Source of the DNA: Hyphomonas sp.
Lineage (GTDB): Bacteria; Pseudomonadota; Alphaproteobacteria; Caulobacterales; Hyphomonadaceae
Direction: 5' to 3'
Assembly: GCA_041741315.1 (NCBI GenBank)
Contig: JBGSKI010000105.1
Coordinates: 1-58,155 of the forward strand
Length of the DNA: 58,155 nt
Shown: positions 9,979 to 18,621 of the stretch, in pieces
Numbering within the stretch: position 1 is the first letter of the stretch
How the letters are laid out: each line of letters starts with the position of its first letter
The notes under the pieces: generated by a model
Told to the model about the DNA's origin: nothing
Databases searched by the model: none
The model's input: only the letters and a program-made list of their open reading frames with translations
Made by a program: the position numbers and the translations under genes

Positions 9979-10364
9979 CAGGCAGCCTCCTCGCTGAGTT
10001 CCGTTTGTCTACCGGCAAGACCGATCATGATGGTCTTGTTGATGTCGATGAGGTCGGCCATTCCGTCACTGCCAGCCAGGACACGGTGGCTGGTCTGGCG
10101 AACGAATTCCGACAGGTACAGGAGGCGACCCTTGAGGTCTTGAGGAAGGGAATTTCCGGGATTCAGCAGGTCGACCGCAAGCGTCGTCCACAACTGCTGG
10201 TTCCGATAAATGGCGTCAGCCCATTCGACCGGCGCGGACTTGCCTGCATTAGCGGCAATTTCGAGCGCTGCGGTGATCTGGCGGAAAAGTGTGTATTCGT
10301 TCTGCTTGTCGGTCGCGGTGCGTTGCGCCGCCATGCCGTAAGCCTTGTTGGCCAGATTATGCAA
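9978..10364 (-). CDS. flaF: Flagellin regulator FlaF
   Basis: AY...A.RTAT.KQ.EY.LF, N.QLWTTLAVDL..PGNSLP.DLK, LIDINKTIM.GL. Confidence 0.95.
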   Translation of the reverse strand: MHNLANKAYGMAAQRTATDKQNEYTLFRQITAALEIAANAGKSAPVEWADAIYRNQQLWTTLAVDLLNPGNSLPQDLKGRLLYLSEFVRQTSHRVLAGSDGMADLIDINKTIMIGLAGRQTELSEEAA

Positions 10365-10384
10365 TGCGCCCTCCTAGCGACTTG

Positions 10385-10419
10385 AGAAAAGGGGCCCGGG
10401 CACATCTTGCGCCCGGGCC
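10385..10419 (-). terminator. Rho-independent terminator downstream of flagellin
   Basis: Minus strand GGCCCGGGCGC-AAGAT-GTGCCCGGGCC (11-bp stem, one G-U) followed by CCTTTTCT, 15 nt after the flagellin stop. Confidence 0.75.
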
Positions 10420-10433
10420 ATATGCTTATTCTA

Positions 10434-12380
10434 TTAGCGGAACAGTGACAGCAGTGCCTGCGGCCCCTGGTTCGCGATTGACAGCGACTGGACGCCCAAC
10501 TGCTGCTGGACCTGAAGGGCCTGCAGTTTTGCCGAGGCGGCTTCGATGTCGGAGTCCGTCATCGCACCAATACCCGAGGTCATCGAGTCGATCAGTGTCA
10601 GAACGAATTCGCTCTGGCTTTCGATCTGCTTCTGCGACGAGCCGAAGCCGGCCGCAGCTTCGATTGCAGTGCTGAGCAGGTCTTCGATGTCGGACAGAGC
10701 TGCGGCTGCGCCGGTAGCCGTCGTCACGTCGATGTCGCTCAGCGCTGCCAGACCGCCGCCTGCAACAGCGTCAACGGCTGCCTGTTGCGAGTCGAGACCC
10801 GTCAGATCGACCGCCACATCACCACCTGAAGCGGCAAGCGTCAGCGTGGCGCTGTCCGAATCTGGATCCGTAGCATCGGTCACAGTAACCGTGAGGTTTG
10901 AGATGTTCGCTGCGTCAATGAGGGTTTTCAGACCAGCCGCCACGGCATTGTTGTCGTCTCCGTCAACTGCCGTATAGGTGTAGTCGGATCCGCCGACACT
11001 CACAGTGAACGTATCGCCTTCGTAGATCGTGCCGCCTGCGAGGCTGACATCAACGTCGTCACCGTCGGAGATCACGCTCGAAACCGGTCCGGTCGAAGCA
11101 AGGGCGGTTTCGTCGAACGTCACGTCAAAGCCGTTGGCCGTGAAGGTCAGCGTTGCCGCATCGACGTCAGGGTCGGTGCCGTCAACCACAGTGACGGTCA
11201 GGCCCTCGATTGTGTCTGCGTCGATCAGGGCTTTCAGGCCAGCAGCAACATCGTTGTTGGTGTCATTGGCAACCGCCGTGTAGGTGTAGGAGTTACCTCC
11301 GACACTGACGGAGAACGTATCGCCGACAGCTATGGTACCGCCTTCGAATGTCACGTCTGCAGTTGCTTCATTGTTCGACGTCAACGCACCTTCATCGAAG
11401 GCCACGTCGTTGCCCGAAGCAGCGAGAACCAGTTCGTACGGGTCGGTACCAGGTACCGTGCCGGCCTGCACGGTGACCGTCAGACCCGCGATGCCGTCAG
11501 CATCGATTGCCGTCTTGAGGGCAGCAGCAACGACAGACATCGCATCGCCAGCTGTCGCAACATAGGAGTAGGTGGTGCCGCCAACACTGAGGACGAACGT
11601 ATCACCTTCAGCCGCAGTGCCCGTGTCATCGAACAGGACCGTCGCCGAGTTGCCGTCCGTGATGTCGCCGACCTGGGTGGTCGAAACAAAGCCGGCATTG
11701 CCGGTCGTAATAGCAGTCACTGCGATGTCGCCAGTCTGCGTGGTCGCAGCGAAGCCGCCATCACCGGTGACCTTGTCGGTCGACGAGTCGGTTGCCGAGT
11801 CAGCCGTAGAAACATAGCCGCCGTCGGTTGTCGTCTTGGCACCTGCGACGATCGCGTCGGAGGACGGATCGGTCGACAGGTCGTGACGCGCAACCGTGAT
11901 GTTAGTTGCCGTCACTGTGCCGTCGGACGCCCGGTCGAGCGATGCCAGGACGTTGACCGAAGCCGTGCCCTTGAGCAGGTTCTGACCGTTGAACTGGGCC
12001 GCGTTGACGATGTTGCCGATGGCAGTCGTCTTGGCGTCGATGTCGGTCTGGATGCGAGCGCGGTCGTCATCATTGAGGTCTTGCTGGGCCTGAACGATCA
12101 GCGACTTCATGTCCTGAAGAAGGCTCGTGACCTGTTCGGAAGCCGAACGGGCGACACCAACGGTCGACGAACCGTAGTTTAGCGAGTCCGTGATCTGCTT
12201 GAAGCTGTCGACGTCGGTCGACATGACCGTCGAGATTGCCCAGATCGCCGCGTTGTCCTTGGCGTTGGCAACTTTCTTGCCGGTCGAGATTTCGTTTTGA
12301 ACGGTCGACAGGTTTTTGTTGATATTGCGCAGGGTGTCGAGTGCCACCATCGCGCTGTTGTTCGTAAGAATGCTAGACAC
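10434..12380 (-). CDS. fliC: Flagellin, 648 aa, with a triplicated central domain
   Basis: N-terminal SSILTNNSAMVAL.TLR...ISTGKKVANAKDNAAIWAI and C-terminal SAKLQALQVQQQLGVQSLSIANQGPQALLSLFR. GTG start. Confidence 0.97.
   Translation of the reverse strand: MSSILTNNSAMVALDTLRNINKNLSTVQNEISTGKKVANAKDNAAIWAISTVMSTDVDSFKQITDSLNYGSSTVGVARSASEQVTSLLQDMKSLIVQAQQDLNDDDRARIQTDIDAKTTAIGNIVNAAQFNGQNLLKGTASVNVLASLDRASDGTVTATNITVARHDLSTDPSSDAIVAGAKTTTDGGYVSTADSATDSSTDKVTGDGGFAATTQTGDIAVTAITTGNAGFVSTTQVGDITDGNSATVLFDDTGTAAEGDTFVLSVGGTTYSYVATAGDAMSVVAAALKTAIDADGIAGLTVTVQAGTVPGTDPYELVLAASGNDVAFDEGALTSNNEATADVTFEGGTIAVGDTFSVSVGGNSYTYTAVANDTNNDVAAGLKALIDADTIEGLTVTVVDGTDPDVDAATLTFTANGFDVTFDETALASTGPVSSVISDGDDVDVSLAGGTIYEGDTFTVSVGGSDYTYTAVDGDDNNAVAAGLKTLIDAANISNLTVTVTDATDPDSDSATLTLAASGGDVAVDLTGLDSQQAAVDAVAGGGLAALSDIDVTTATGAAAALSDIEDLLSTAIEAAAGFGSSQKQIESQSEFVLTLIDSMTSGIGAMTDSDIEAASAKLQALQVQQQLGVQSLSIANQGPQALLSLFR
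10800..11660 (-). repeat. Three ~94-102 aa tandem repeats inside flagellin (boundaries approximate)
   Basis: GDTF.[LV]SVGG..Y.Y.A...D....VAA.LK..IDA..I..LTVTV...T.P..D...L...A.G.DV..D recurs near 11606, 11324 and 11018. Confidence 0.9.
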
Positions 12381-12522
12381 TGTTTGTACCTCTAATTTTT
12401 CCGCTCACTTCTTCCGTGAGCTGTTTCAAACACGCGTCGTCCTGACAGCGGAGATCCCGCCAACCCATCTTGGTTGATCAGGGTAACAACTATGCCCGGA
12501 TGGTGTAGATACGGTTAATAGC

Positions 12523-12903
12523 TCAGGCCCTTTTTTGGTATCCACCGGTAACTTCCGAGAACGGCAACTGTCCCCCGGACTGTGTATAGGAGCCGACAAA
12601 GGCGTTCGCATGCATGGTTTCCATACGGCGGATGGCGTGGCGCATGCCATTGCGCACAGCTTCGAAGTAGACGCCATTTTCGGATGCAGCGGTCTTGACC
12701 CGCCGGATTTGGTCGCGTTGCTGCGGAGACAAAGCCTGCACATGATTTGTCGAAAGGAACTTCTCGAGTTGTTCCATAGTCTCCAGCTTCTCAGCCGCCA
12801 GTGAAACCACTTCCCTCGCCCGGCCGGCCAGGAGCAATTCCTGCTCCTGCGCCAAAATCTCAAGCAAACGGCCTGTCTGCGTGCTGATCATGTCTTGAAT
12901 CAT
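12523..12903 (-). CDS. flgN: Flagellar export chaperone FlgN-like
   Basis: 126-aa helical protein (LLEILAQEQELLLAGR...LAAEK...N...F.A...G.R.A..R) overlapping the flgJ stop. Confidence 0.7.
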   Translation of the reverse strand: MIQDMISTQTGRLLEILAQEQELLLAGRAREVVSLAAEKLETMEQLEKFLSTNHVQALSPQQRDQIRRVKTAASENGVYFEAVRNGMRHAIRRMETMHANAFVGSYTQSGGQLPFSEVTGGYQKRA

Positions 12904-13220
12904 AGTGTTCCCTTCCCTGCTTGTGTCTTGCTGGCGGCGATTGATCGCTCCACCGCTTCGGACAGCCCAAGTGGGTGGGAGACGGAGAGGTCCTTGGCGA
13001 CCGCCTCGACGACATAGCGAGAGAACGCCGTGGCGGCCTCGCCAGACCCTTGGGCGAAGGCTTTCTCGAGACCGGCATAGCTCAGCATTTCGGTCCACAG
13101 CATCTGCTCGAAGCGTTGCCCGACAGCTTCAGCGCTGGTGGGAGACATCTCTGGCTTTACCGCCTTGGGCGTCATGGACACCGGTAAAGTACTCGCAGTG
13201 ATTGAACTGATGTCGGCCAT
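12900..13220 (-). CDS. flgJ: Rod-binding (FlgJ N-terminal domain only) protein
   Basis: AVGQRFEQMLWTEMLSYAGL...G.GE..TAFS.Y....VA..L....PLGL, 106 aa, no muramidase domain. Confidence 0.75.
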   Translation of the reverse strand: MADISSITASTLPVSMTPKAVKPEMSPTSAEAVGQRFEQMLWTEMLSYAGLEKAFAQGSGEAATAFSRYVVEAVAKDLSVSHPLGLSEAVERSIAASKTQAGKGTL

Positions 13221-13275
13221 GCAAACCCTCGTTGTCCGACTGCGGATCAATTCGTTACCGAAATCCGCAGCATAA

Positions 13276-13315
13276 TTAACTCACTCTTTACGCGGGCAGG
13301 TTTTATTTTGGTTAA
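13276..13315. promoter_or_regulatory. Putative CtrA box(es) in the flgJ/fliK divergent region
   Basis: TTAA-CTCACTC-TTTAC at 13276-13291 plus a GTTAAC half-site at 13311-13316. Confidence 0.55.
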
Positions 13316-13336
13316 CGTTCCAGTCGCTGACCTAAG

Positions 13337-14686
13337 ATGGGTTCCATGATCGACATTGACCTACGCACGCGGCTGGCGGTGAGATCCCCCGAGACGGTAA
13401 GCTCCTCCCCCGAGCCAACGGGTTGGGGCGAGTTGTTTGCGAAGAATCTTTCCCAATTCCAAACGGGCGAAGAGCTGTCAGTTGTGTCCGCCGGGAACCC
13501 GCCGCTTGTGCAGGGTAACCCGCTCCCGGCCGACCTGGCACCTCTTGCGGACGACGATGTGCTGTCCGTCGATGTCGAGACGGAGACATCCGTCGATCCG
13601 GGCAGCCTGCCCCTGCAAGGCGCGTCTGCGACCGTTCCGCAAGCAAAGCCGGCACCTTCCGCGTCTATGGACTCCTATGATGCTCCGGCACCAGGCATTG
13701 CGCGTGCGACCGTAGAGGGCGCTGAGGCAAGTCCGGGTAACGGCCTTGAAGCTGAGGCGGAGCCGATGTCTTACGATGCACCAGATGCTTCGGAGCCCGA
13801 CGCGACCGGAAGTGTCGATGAAGACGCAACGAGCCCGGAGGTCAAACTGAGCCCGGAAGTACATCAGAAGCCGGCGACCGTACTGGCCGCTGGCATGCTT
13901 GTGCCGACTCAATCGCCTGTTGCCACGCCGGCACCAGTAAAGACAACAAAAGCCACTCCGGTGACATCCGAGCTTTCGGAACCGGCCCAAGCTGGCCGGC
14001 ATGCATCTGTGTCGCGATCTGGTTTGAACCAGCAAACCGACGCAGTTGAGTTCAGCAGTACGGCCGCTGACACTCCGACACCTGCTCCAAATCTGTCCGC
14101 GAGTTTCAACGGCCTGATAGATTCCGGTACCCAGAGTGACCTTGCAACTGCGGCCTCCTTATTGCCAGTGACCGCAAGTGTTGTGCCTGGTGCTCCCGCT
14201 GTCCCCGCCGGAACCCAACCGGTGCTGACCGATGCGATGACCCCTGCCCTCGCCCTCTTAACGGCCACGCCGGCAGAAGTCGTTCACATCATATCGGACG
14301 CTGCCGGCGCGCCGGATGACCGCAAGGACCAAATCACGGTCCAACTCGATCCGCCGGAACTTGGACGTGTGTCAATCGGCTTCAAGTTTGACGCACACGG
14401 CCTGCAGCATGTCACAATTACAGCCGAGACGCCGGAAGCAATGCGCCACATGCGCGCCCTGCATCAGGATCTCGTCCAGTCACTTGAGCGTAACGGCTTG
14501 AGCGGACAGAGCATGTCGTTCCAGCAGGAACCACCTCGGCAGGATCAGGCCGCGATGAACCGCCGGGCGACGGCTGCTGGCACCGAAACTTCGTCCACCA
14601 CCGTTCCTGCCCCTGTACGCCTCGAAACCGCGCGCATGTCCTTCCGGTCCGTAACATCCGGCAGCGGAATCAATCTCAAGCTTTGA
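13337..14686 (+). CDS. fliK: Hook-length control protein FliK
   Basis: Long Pro/Ala/Ser/Thr-rich region followed by ITVQLDPPELGRVSI...ITAETPEAMRHMR....DL..SL...GL. Lies upstream of flgD. Confidence 0.92.
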   Translation: MGSMIDIDLRTRLAVRSPETVSSSPEPTGWGELFAKNLSQFQTGEELSVVSAGNPPLVQGNPLPADLAPLADDDVLSVDVETETSVDPGSLPLQGASATVPQAKPAPSASMDSYDAPAPGIARATVEGAEASPGNGLEAEAEPMSYDAPDASEPDATGSVDEDATSPEVKLSPEVHQKPATVLAAGMLVPTQSPVATPAPVKTTKATPVTSELSEPAQAGRHASVSRSGLNQQTDAVEFSSTAADTPTPAPNLSASFNGLIDSGTQSDLATAASLLPVTASVVPGAPAVPAGTQPVLTDAMTPALALLTATPAEVVHIISDAAGAPDDRKDQITVQLDPPELGRVSIGFKFDAHGLQHVTITAETPEAMRHMRALHQDLVQSLERNGLSGQSMSFQQEPPRQDQAAMNRRATAAGTETSSTTVPAPVRLETARMSFRSVTSGSGINLKL

Positions 14687-14697
14687 AAGGCACTTCC

Positions 14698-15357
14698 ATG
14701 GCCGATGTCTCTTCCGTCTCGAACACGAATTCCACTGTTGCGACGTCTCCAACCACAACTACAAACGTAGGCGAGCAGTTCGACACTTTCATCAAACTGC
14801 TCACAGCACAGGTGCAAAACCAGGACCCGCTCGAGCCGCTCGATTCCACGCAGTTCGTGGAACAATTGGCGACGTTCTCAGCGCTCGAGCAGCAGGTCCG
14901 CAGCAATACGAGCCTTGAGTCGATTGCAGCGATGATGAGTGACCTGCACACGATCGTCGCCAGCCAATGGCTGGGACAGAACGTTTCCGTGGAATCATCC
15001 TGGGTTCCGTTCACGAGCGATGCGGTGAATTTTGTCGTCGATACACCTGCCGACGTTGATCGCGCCGTTCTTTCCGTGCGCGACAATTCCGGCAATGTGG
15101 TCTGGACACAGACGCTCGACACATCGGCGGAGTCCTACTCTTGGGATGGCCATATGCAGTCCGGCGATGAGGCTGCACCGGAGGGCCTCTACCAGTTCGG
15201 GATAGACCTCTACAGTTCGGGAACCTACCTCGGCACGGTCGCGCCACGCATTCTGACGACCGTTACCGATATCGGGAACGAGGACGGCTCAGTCGTGTTC
15301 GGCACATCGGCGAGCCTGACGACGGATGCGAACAACATCCGCAAGACCGAACAATAG
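14698..15357 (+). CDS. flgD: Hook capping protein FlgD
   Basis: FIKLLTAQVQNQDPLEPLDSTQFVEQLATFSALEQQ, YSWDG. Confidence 0.96.
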   Translation: MADVSSVSNTNSTVATSPTTTTNVGEQFDTFIKLLTAQVQNQDPLEPLDSTQFVEQLATFSALEQQVRSNTSLESIAAMMSDLHTIVASQWLGQNVSVESSWVPFTSDAVNFVVDTPADVDRAVLSVRDNSGNVVWTQTLDTSAESYSWDGHMQSGDEAAPEGLYQFGIDLYSSGTYLGTVAPRILTTVTDIGNEDGSVVFGTSASLTTDANNIRKTEQ

Positions 15358-15395
15358 TCCCGCACTTGGATGAATCCATCTCGGTGACAGTAAGG

Positions 15396-15968
15396 TTAGA
15401 CGTTCTGCTTGCCAATGTCCACGATCAGGACATTCCGGATGCCGTGCGGAATGACTTTCTGCAGGTTCATCAGAACCATCGTCCGAATGGTCTCGTAGCT
15501 TTCAACTTCGGAAATGTTGACCAGCGTGTGGCCATCATTGCTGAGTTCGATGAGCGTGGTCATGATATTGTCGCGAATCTTCGGCTCCATCGAGAAAAGG
15601 CTCGAAGATATACTCTCGTCCGCTTCGAGATTGAGGTTCAGGATGACGAGGCTTTCGACCTTCGAATCCTTCATCACAGGGATGACGAATTCACGGGTGA
15701 ATTTGAAATAGATCGCGTTGCCTGAAGATTCAGCCTTTGCCCCGTGACCGCTTTTCTTCTCCGCGCCATGACCACCCTTGTCGGCACTACCATGATCTTC
15801 CTTCTTGCCGTGCTCCTCCTTGGCACCGTGGCCGCCACCTTCCGCTGGTTTGGCCTCAGCCTTGCCTGCAGTTTCGTGCCCACCCGAGCCACCTTTCAGG
15901 AAGTTTCCAGCGACCCCGCCGACAATGATGCACACGACGGCGACAACAGCAGAAATGATGTTCTTCAT
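15396..15968 (-). CDS. FliL-family basal-body-associated protein (His/Gly/Lys-rich linker)
   Basis: N-terminal TM, low-complexity linker, then YFKFTREFVIPV...LNLNLE...EPKIRD.....LI.L..G C-domain. Confidence 0.75.
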   Translation of the reverse strand: MKNIISAVVAVVCIIVGGVAGNFLKGGSGGHETAGKAEAKPAEGGGHGAKEEHGKKEDHGSADKGGHGAEKKSGHGAKAESSGNAIYFKFTREFVIPVMKDSKVESLVILNLNLEADESISSSLFSMEPKIRDNIMTTLIELSNDGHTLVNISEVESYETIRTMVLMNLQKVIPHGIRNVLIVDIGKQNV

Positions 15969-15978
15969 GGCCGGAATC

Positions 15979-16686
15979 CTAGAACGGAATGACTTTGTCG
16001 AGCACTTTCGGGATGGTACCGCGGCCCCTCAGGCCTGTCGTATCGCCGTCGTTGACATATGACAGTCGGGCATCCGCAATCTTCTCATAGGACACCGTAT
16101 TGGTACGGGTAATGTCCTGTGCACGGATGACGCCGGACACGCTGAGATAGCGAACCTCATTGCTGACGCGCGTCTGCTGGTATCCCTGGATGATCAGGTT
16201 GCCATTCGGCTCGAGGCCAACGACGCGAGCAGCGAGGGTGAAGGTGATCTTTTCGGCGCGATTGACGGCACCGCTTCCAGACAGATTTGAATTGCGCTTG
16301 AAGTCTACGCCCGGCGACAAACTGGCTGCTCCGGGAAGGGCCTGATTGACGACCTCCGGCAGGCCGAACAGGGCGTTGACGTTGAGGTCTTCACTCGAAC
16401 CCTGCTTGCGCGACAGCGAGCTGTTGAGGCTCGCTTGGTCGTTCATCTCGACCAGGACAGTCAGGAGGTCTCCGACTTCCTTGGCCCGTCGCATGCTGAG
16501 CAGAGCGTTCGGTGATGTGGCCCAAAGCGAAGGGTTCTGGCCCTCCGGTGCGGGTGGGGTAAGATCGGTTACCGAAGGAGCCCATTGCGAATAATAGCTC
16601 TGGCTCGGGTCCGGACCGGCTTGTGGCGTGCTTGCGCAGGCGCTGACGGCGGTGATGAGCAGCGATGTCGAAAAAATGCGTTTCAT
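15979..16686 (-). CDS. flgH: L-ring lipoprotein FlgH
   Basis: Lipobox VSAC, SLW, RRAKEVGDLLTV.V, PNGNLIIQG.Q..RV.NEVRYL.VSGVIR.QDI..NTV...KIADARLSY. Confidence 0.96.
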   Translation of the reverse strand: MKRIFSTSLLITAVSACASTPQAGPDPSQSYYSQWAPSVTDLTPPAPEGQNPSLWATSPNALLSMRRAKEVGDLLTVLVEMNDQASLNSSLSRKQGSSEDLNVNALFGLPEVVNQALPGAASLSPGVDFKRNSNLSGSGAVNRAEKITFTLAARVVGLEPNGNLIIQGYQQTRVSNEVRYLSVSGVIRAQDITRTNTVSYEKIADARLSYVNDGDTTGLRGRGTIPKVLDKVIPF

Positions 16687-17087
16687 TGTGCCAGTACCCA
16701 TCCGCTTTCCTGAACCGTTCCCTGCACCAGTTGCCGGGATTCCTGATTGAGGACTGTGACTGTTTCGTTGAGACCTGCTTCGCCCATGGCTCGGCCGGAA
16801 GTAGTGATTTCAAGCGCGCCACTGACATAGCGTAGAGACACGACCTGGTTGCGCTTCACCAGCATGGCGGCGCGTGTATTGTCTTCGGTGATTGGTTGGC
16901 CGACATACACCGTGCGGCGTACTTCCCGGCCAAGCAAGGCAACATCCGATTCAGGCTGGCCGCCTTCGGCGAATTCGGAATTCGCGGCTGTGACACGGTC
17001 TCCCGCTTTGATCACTTCTGCGGCGACAAGCGTGGATACGCCTGCGAAGGCGGCATTCAGGCTGAAGGCAATGGCGACAAGGGACAT
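16683..17087 (-). CDS. flgA: P-ring formation chaperone FlgA
   Basis: SAF-like GREVRRTVY.GQPI, LVKRNQVV.L.Y..GALEI...GRAM..AG....V.VLN..SR..V.G.V. Confidence 0.93.
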   Translation of the reverse strand: MSLVAIAFSLNAAFAGVSTLVAAEVIKAGDRVTAANSEFAEGGQPESDVALLGREVRRTVYVGQPITEDNTRAAMLVKRNQVVSLRYVSGALEITTSGRAMGEAGLNETVTVLNQESRQLVQGTVQESGWVLAQ

Positions 17088-17093
17088 GATCGG

Positions 17094-17879
17094 TTACCTC
17101 AACCGCGTCGTTGCGGCGAGCATCTCGTCCGACGCTGTGATGACCTTTGAATTCAGCTCGTATCCGCGCTGCGCCTCGATGAGTTCGGAAATTTCCTTCA
17201 CCACATCGACGCCGGATTGTTCGAGGAAGCCCTGGCGGAGGACACCGACGCCATCCGTTCCCGGAACAAGCTGGCTCGGTGTGCCGGATGCTTCCGTCTC
17301 CTGGAACAGGTTGTCGCCAAGTGCCTTGAGGCCCTTCTCGTTGACGAAGCGGGTTAGGGAAATGTTGCCGATCGCCTGCCCGGCCGTCGCATTGTCAAAG
17401 TAGGCCACGACTTCGCCATCCCGGCTGATTGAGAGGCTTGAGGCATCATTGGGAATGACTATGCCGTCCGCGAGCGGAAAGCCGTCCATGGTCACGATCT
17501 GGCCATCCGGGTTTCGGTTGAGCTTGCCGTCACGCGTGTAGGCCGACTCGCCGGATGGCAGGGTCACTTCCAGGAAGCCGGCGCCGTCAATGGCGAGATC
17601 CAGTTCCGAACCGGTCTCGGTCAGCGAGCCCTGGGTGATCTCCATTGACACCGTCGAAGGCCGGACACCGGTACCGATCTGGATACCGGCCGGAATGACG
17701 GTTCCGACCTGCGAGGTAATCGTCCCGGGGGTCATGTATTGCTGATACATGAGGTCCGAGAATTCGGCCGAACGCGGACGGTAAGCGGCCGTACTCATGT
17801 TGGCGATGTTGTTCGAGATGACATCGACACGCAATTGCTGTGCGGCCATCCCTGTTGCGGCGATCTGTAGTGACTTCAC
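17094..17879 (-). CDS. flgG: Distal rod protein FlgG
   Basis: SLQIAATGMAAQQ..VDVISNNIANM.T, F.DLMYQ, DLAIDG.GFL, YTRDG, LIEAQRGYELNSKVI. Confidence 0.97.
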   Translation of the reverse strand: MKSLQIAATGMAAQQLRVDVISNNIANMSTAAYRPRSAEFSDLMYQQYMTPGTITSQVGTVIPAGIQIGTGVRPSTVSMEITQGSLTETGSELDLAIDGAGFLEVTLPSGESAYTRDGKLNRNPDGQIVTMDGFPLADGIVIPNDASSLSISRDGEVVAYFDNATAGQAIGNISLTRFVNEKGLKALGDNLFQETEASGTPSQLVPGTDGVGVLRQGFLEQSGVDVVKEISELIEAQRGYELNSKVITASDEMLAATTRLR

Positions 17880-17907
17880 TTGCGACTCCTTCGCTTAGTG
17901 TCCGTTG

Positions 17908-18621
17908 CTATCTTTCGCGAACGGTTGATATGAGCTGTCCAATTCGCTCGTCTTCTCTTTCAAGAACGGTTTGCCCGGCTTCATAGGCACGCTGCACCTC
18001 GATCATCCGGGCAACTTCCAGAACCGGCGATACGTTGGATTGTTCAAGCGCACCCTGCACAATTTTGGTGTTTTCGACGGCTGTGGTTCCTCCGGGAGCG
18101 GAGAAATACGTATTGGAATCCCTTGACAATTCACCATTCGCACGGACCACACCGATCTGGCCGAGTATCTGGCCATCGGCCGAGACGGTTCCGTCGCCGG
18201 ATATCGCGACCTGCGTGACCTCCGGGGAAACGATGATCGGGTTACCGCTGGCGTCGAGCACGGCACTGCCCGCCATGTCGACCAGCTTGCCGGCAGGATC
18301 GAGTTGGAAATGGCCGGACCGGGTCAGGCGCTGGCCGTTACCCGTATCGACGGTGAAATAGCCTTCTCCTTCAAGCGCAAGATCAAACTGCCCCCCTGTC
18401 ATCTTGAGGTTCCCTTGCTCTAGCTGGAATGCGTGCGCACCAAGCCCGCCCATGGACAACACATCGTCACCCATGCCCGAGCCGGCGAGGAATTCCGAAA
18501 AGATCGCGCGGTCTGATTTGTAACCAGTCGTGCTGGAGTTCGCGAGGTTGTTCGAGACAACCTGCATTTCCTGCATCAGCCCTTCTTGCCGGGTCAAAGT
18601 GGCGTAAATCGCATTCGACAT
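17908..18621 (-). CDS. flgF: Proximal rod protein FlgF
   Basis: VSNNLANSSTTGYK, TGGQFDLALEGEGYF, LTRSGHF, QGALEQSNV.PV.E..RMIEVQRAYE. Confidence 0.95.
   Translation of the reverse strand: MSNAIYATLTRQEGLMQEMQVVSNNLANSSTTGYKSDRAIFSEFLAGSGMGDDVLSMGGLGAHAFQLEQGNLKMTGGQFDLALEGEGYFTVDTGNGQRLTRSGHFQLDPAGKLVDMAGSAVLDASGNPIIVSPEVTQVAISGDGTVSADGQILGQIGVVRANGELSRDSNTYFSAPGGTTAVENTKIVQGALEQSNVSPVLEVARMIEVQRAYEAGQTVLEREDERIGQLISTVRER

Noticed and set aside
10800-11660. Possible CRISPR or DNA-level repeat array
   Set aside because: Repeats are in frame, degenerate at the DNA level and belong to the flagellin protein. There is no repeat-spacer structure and no cas genes.
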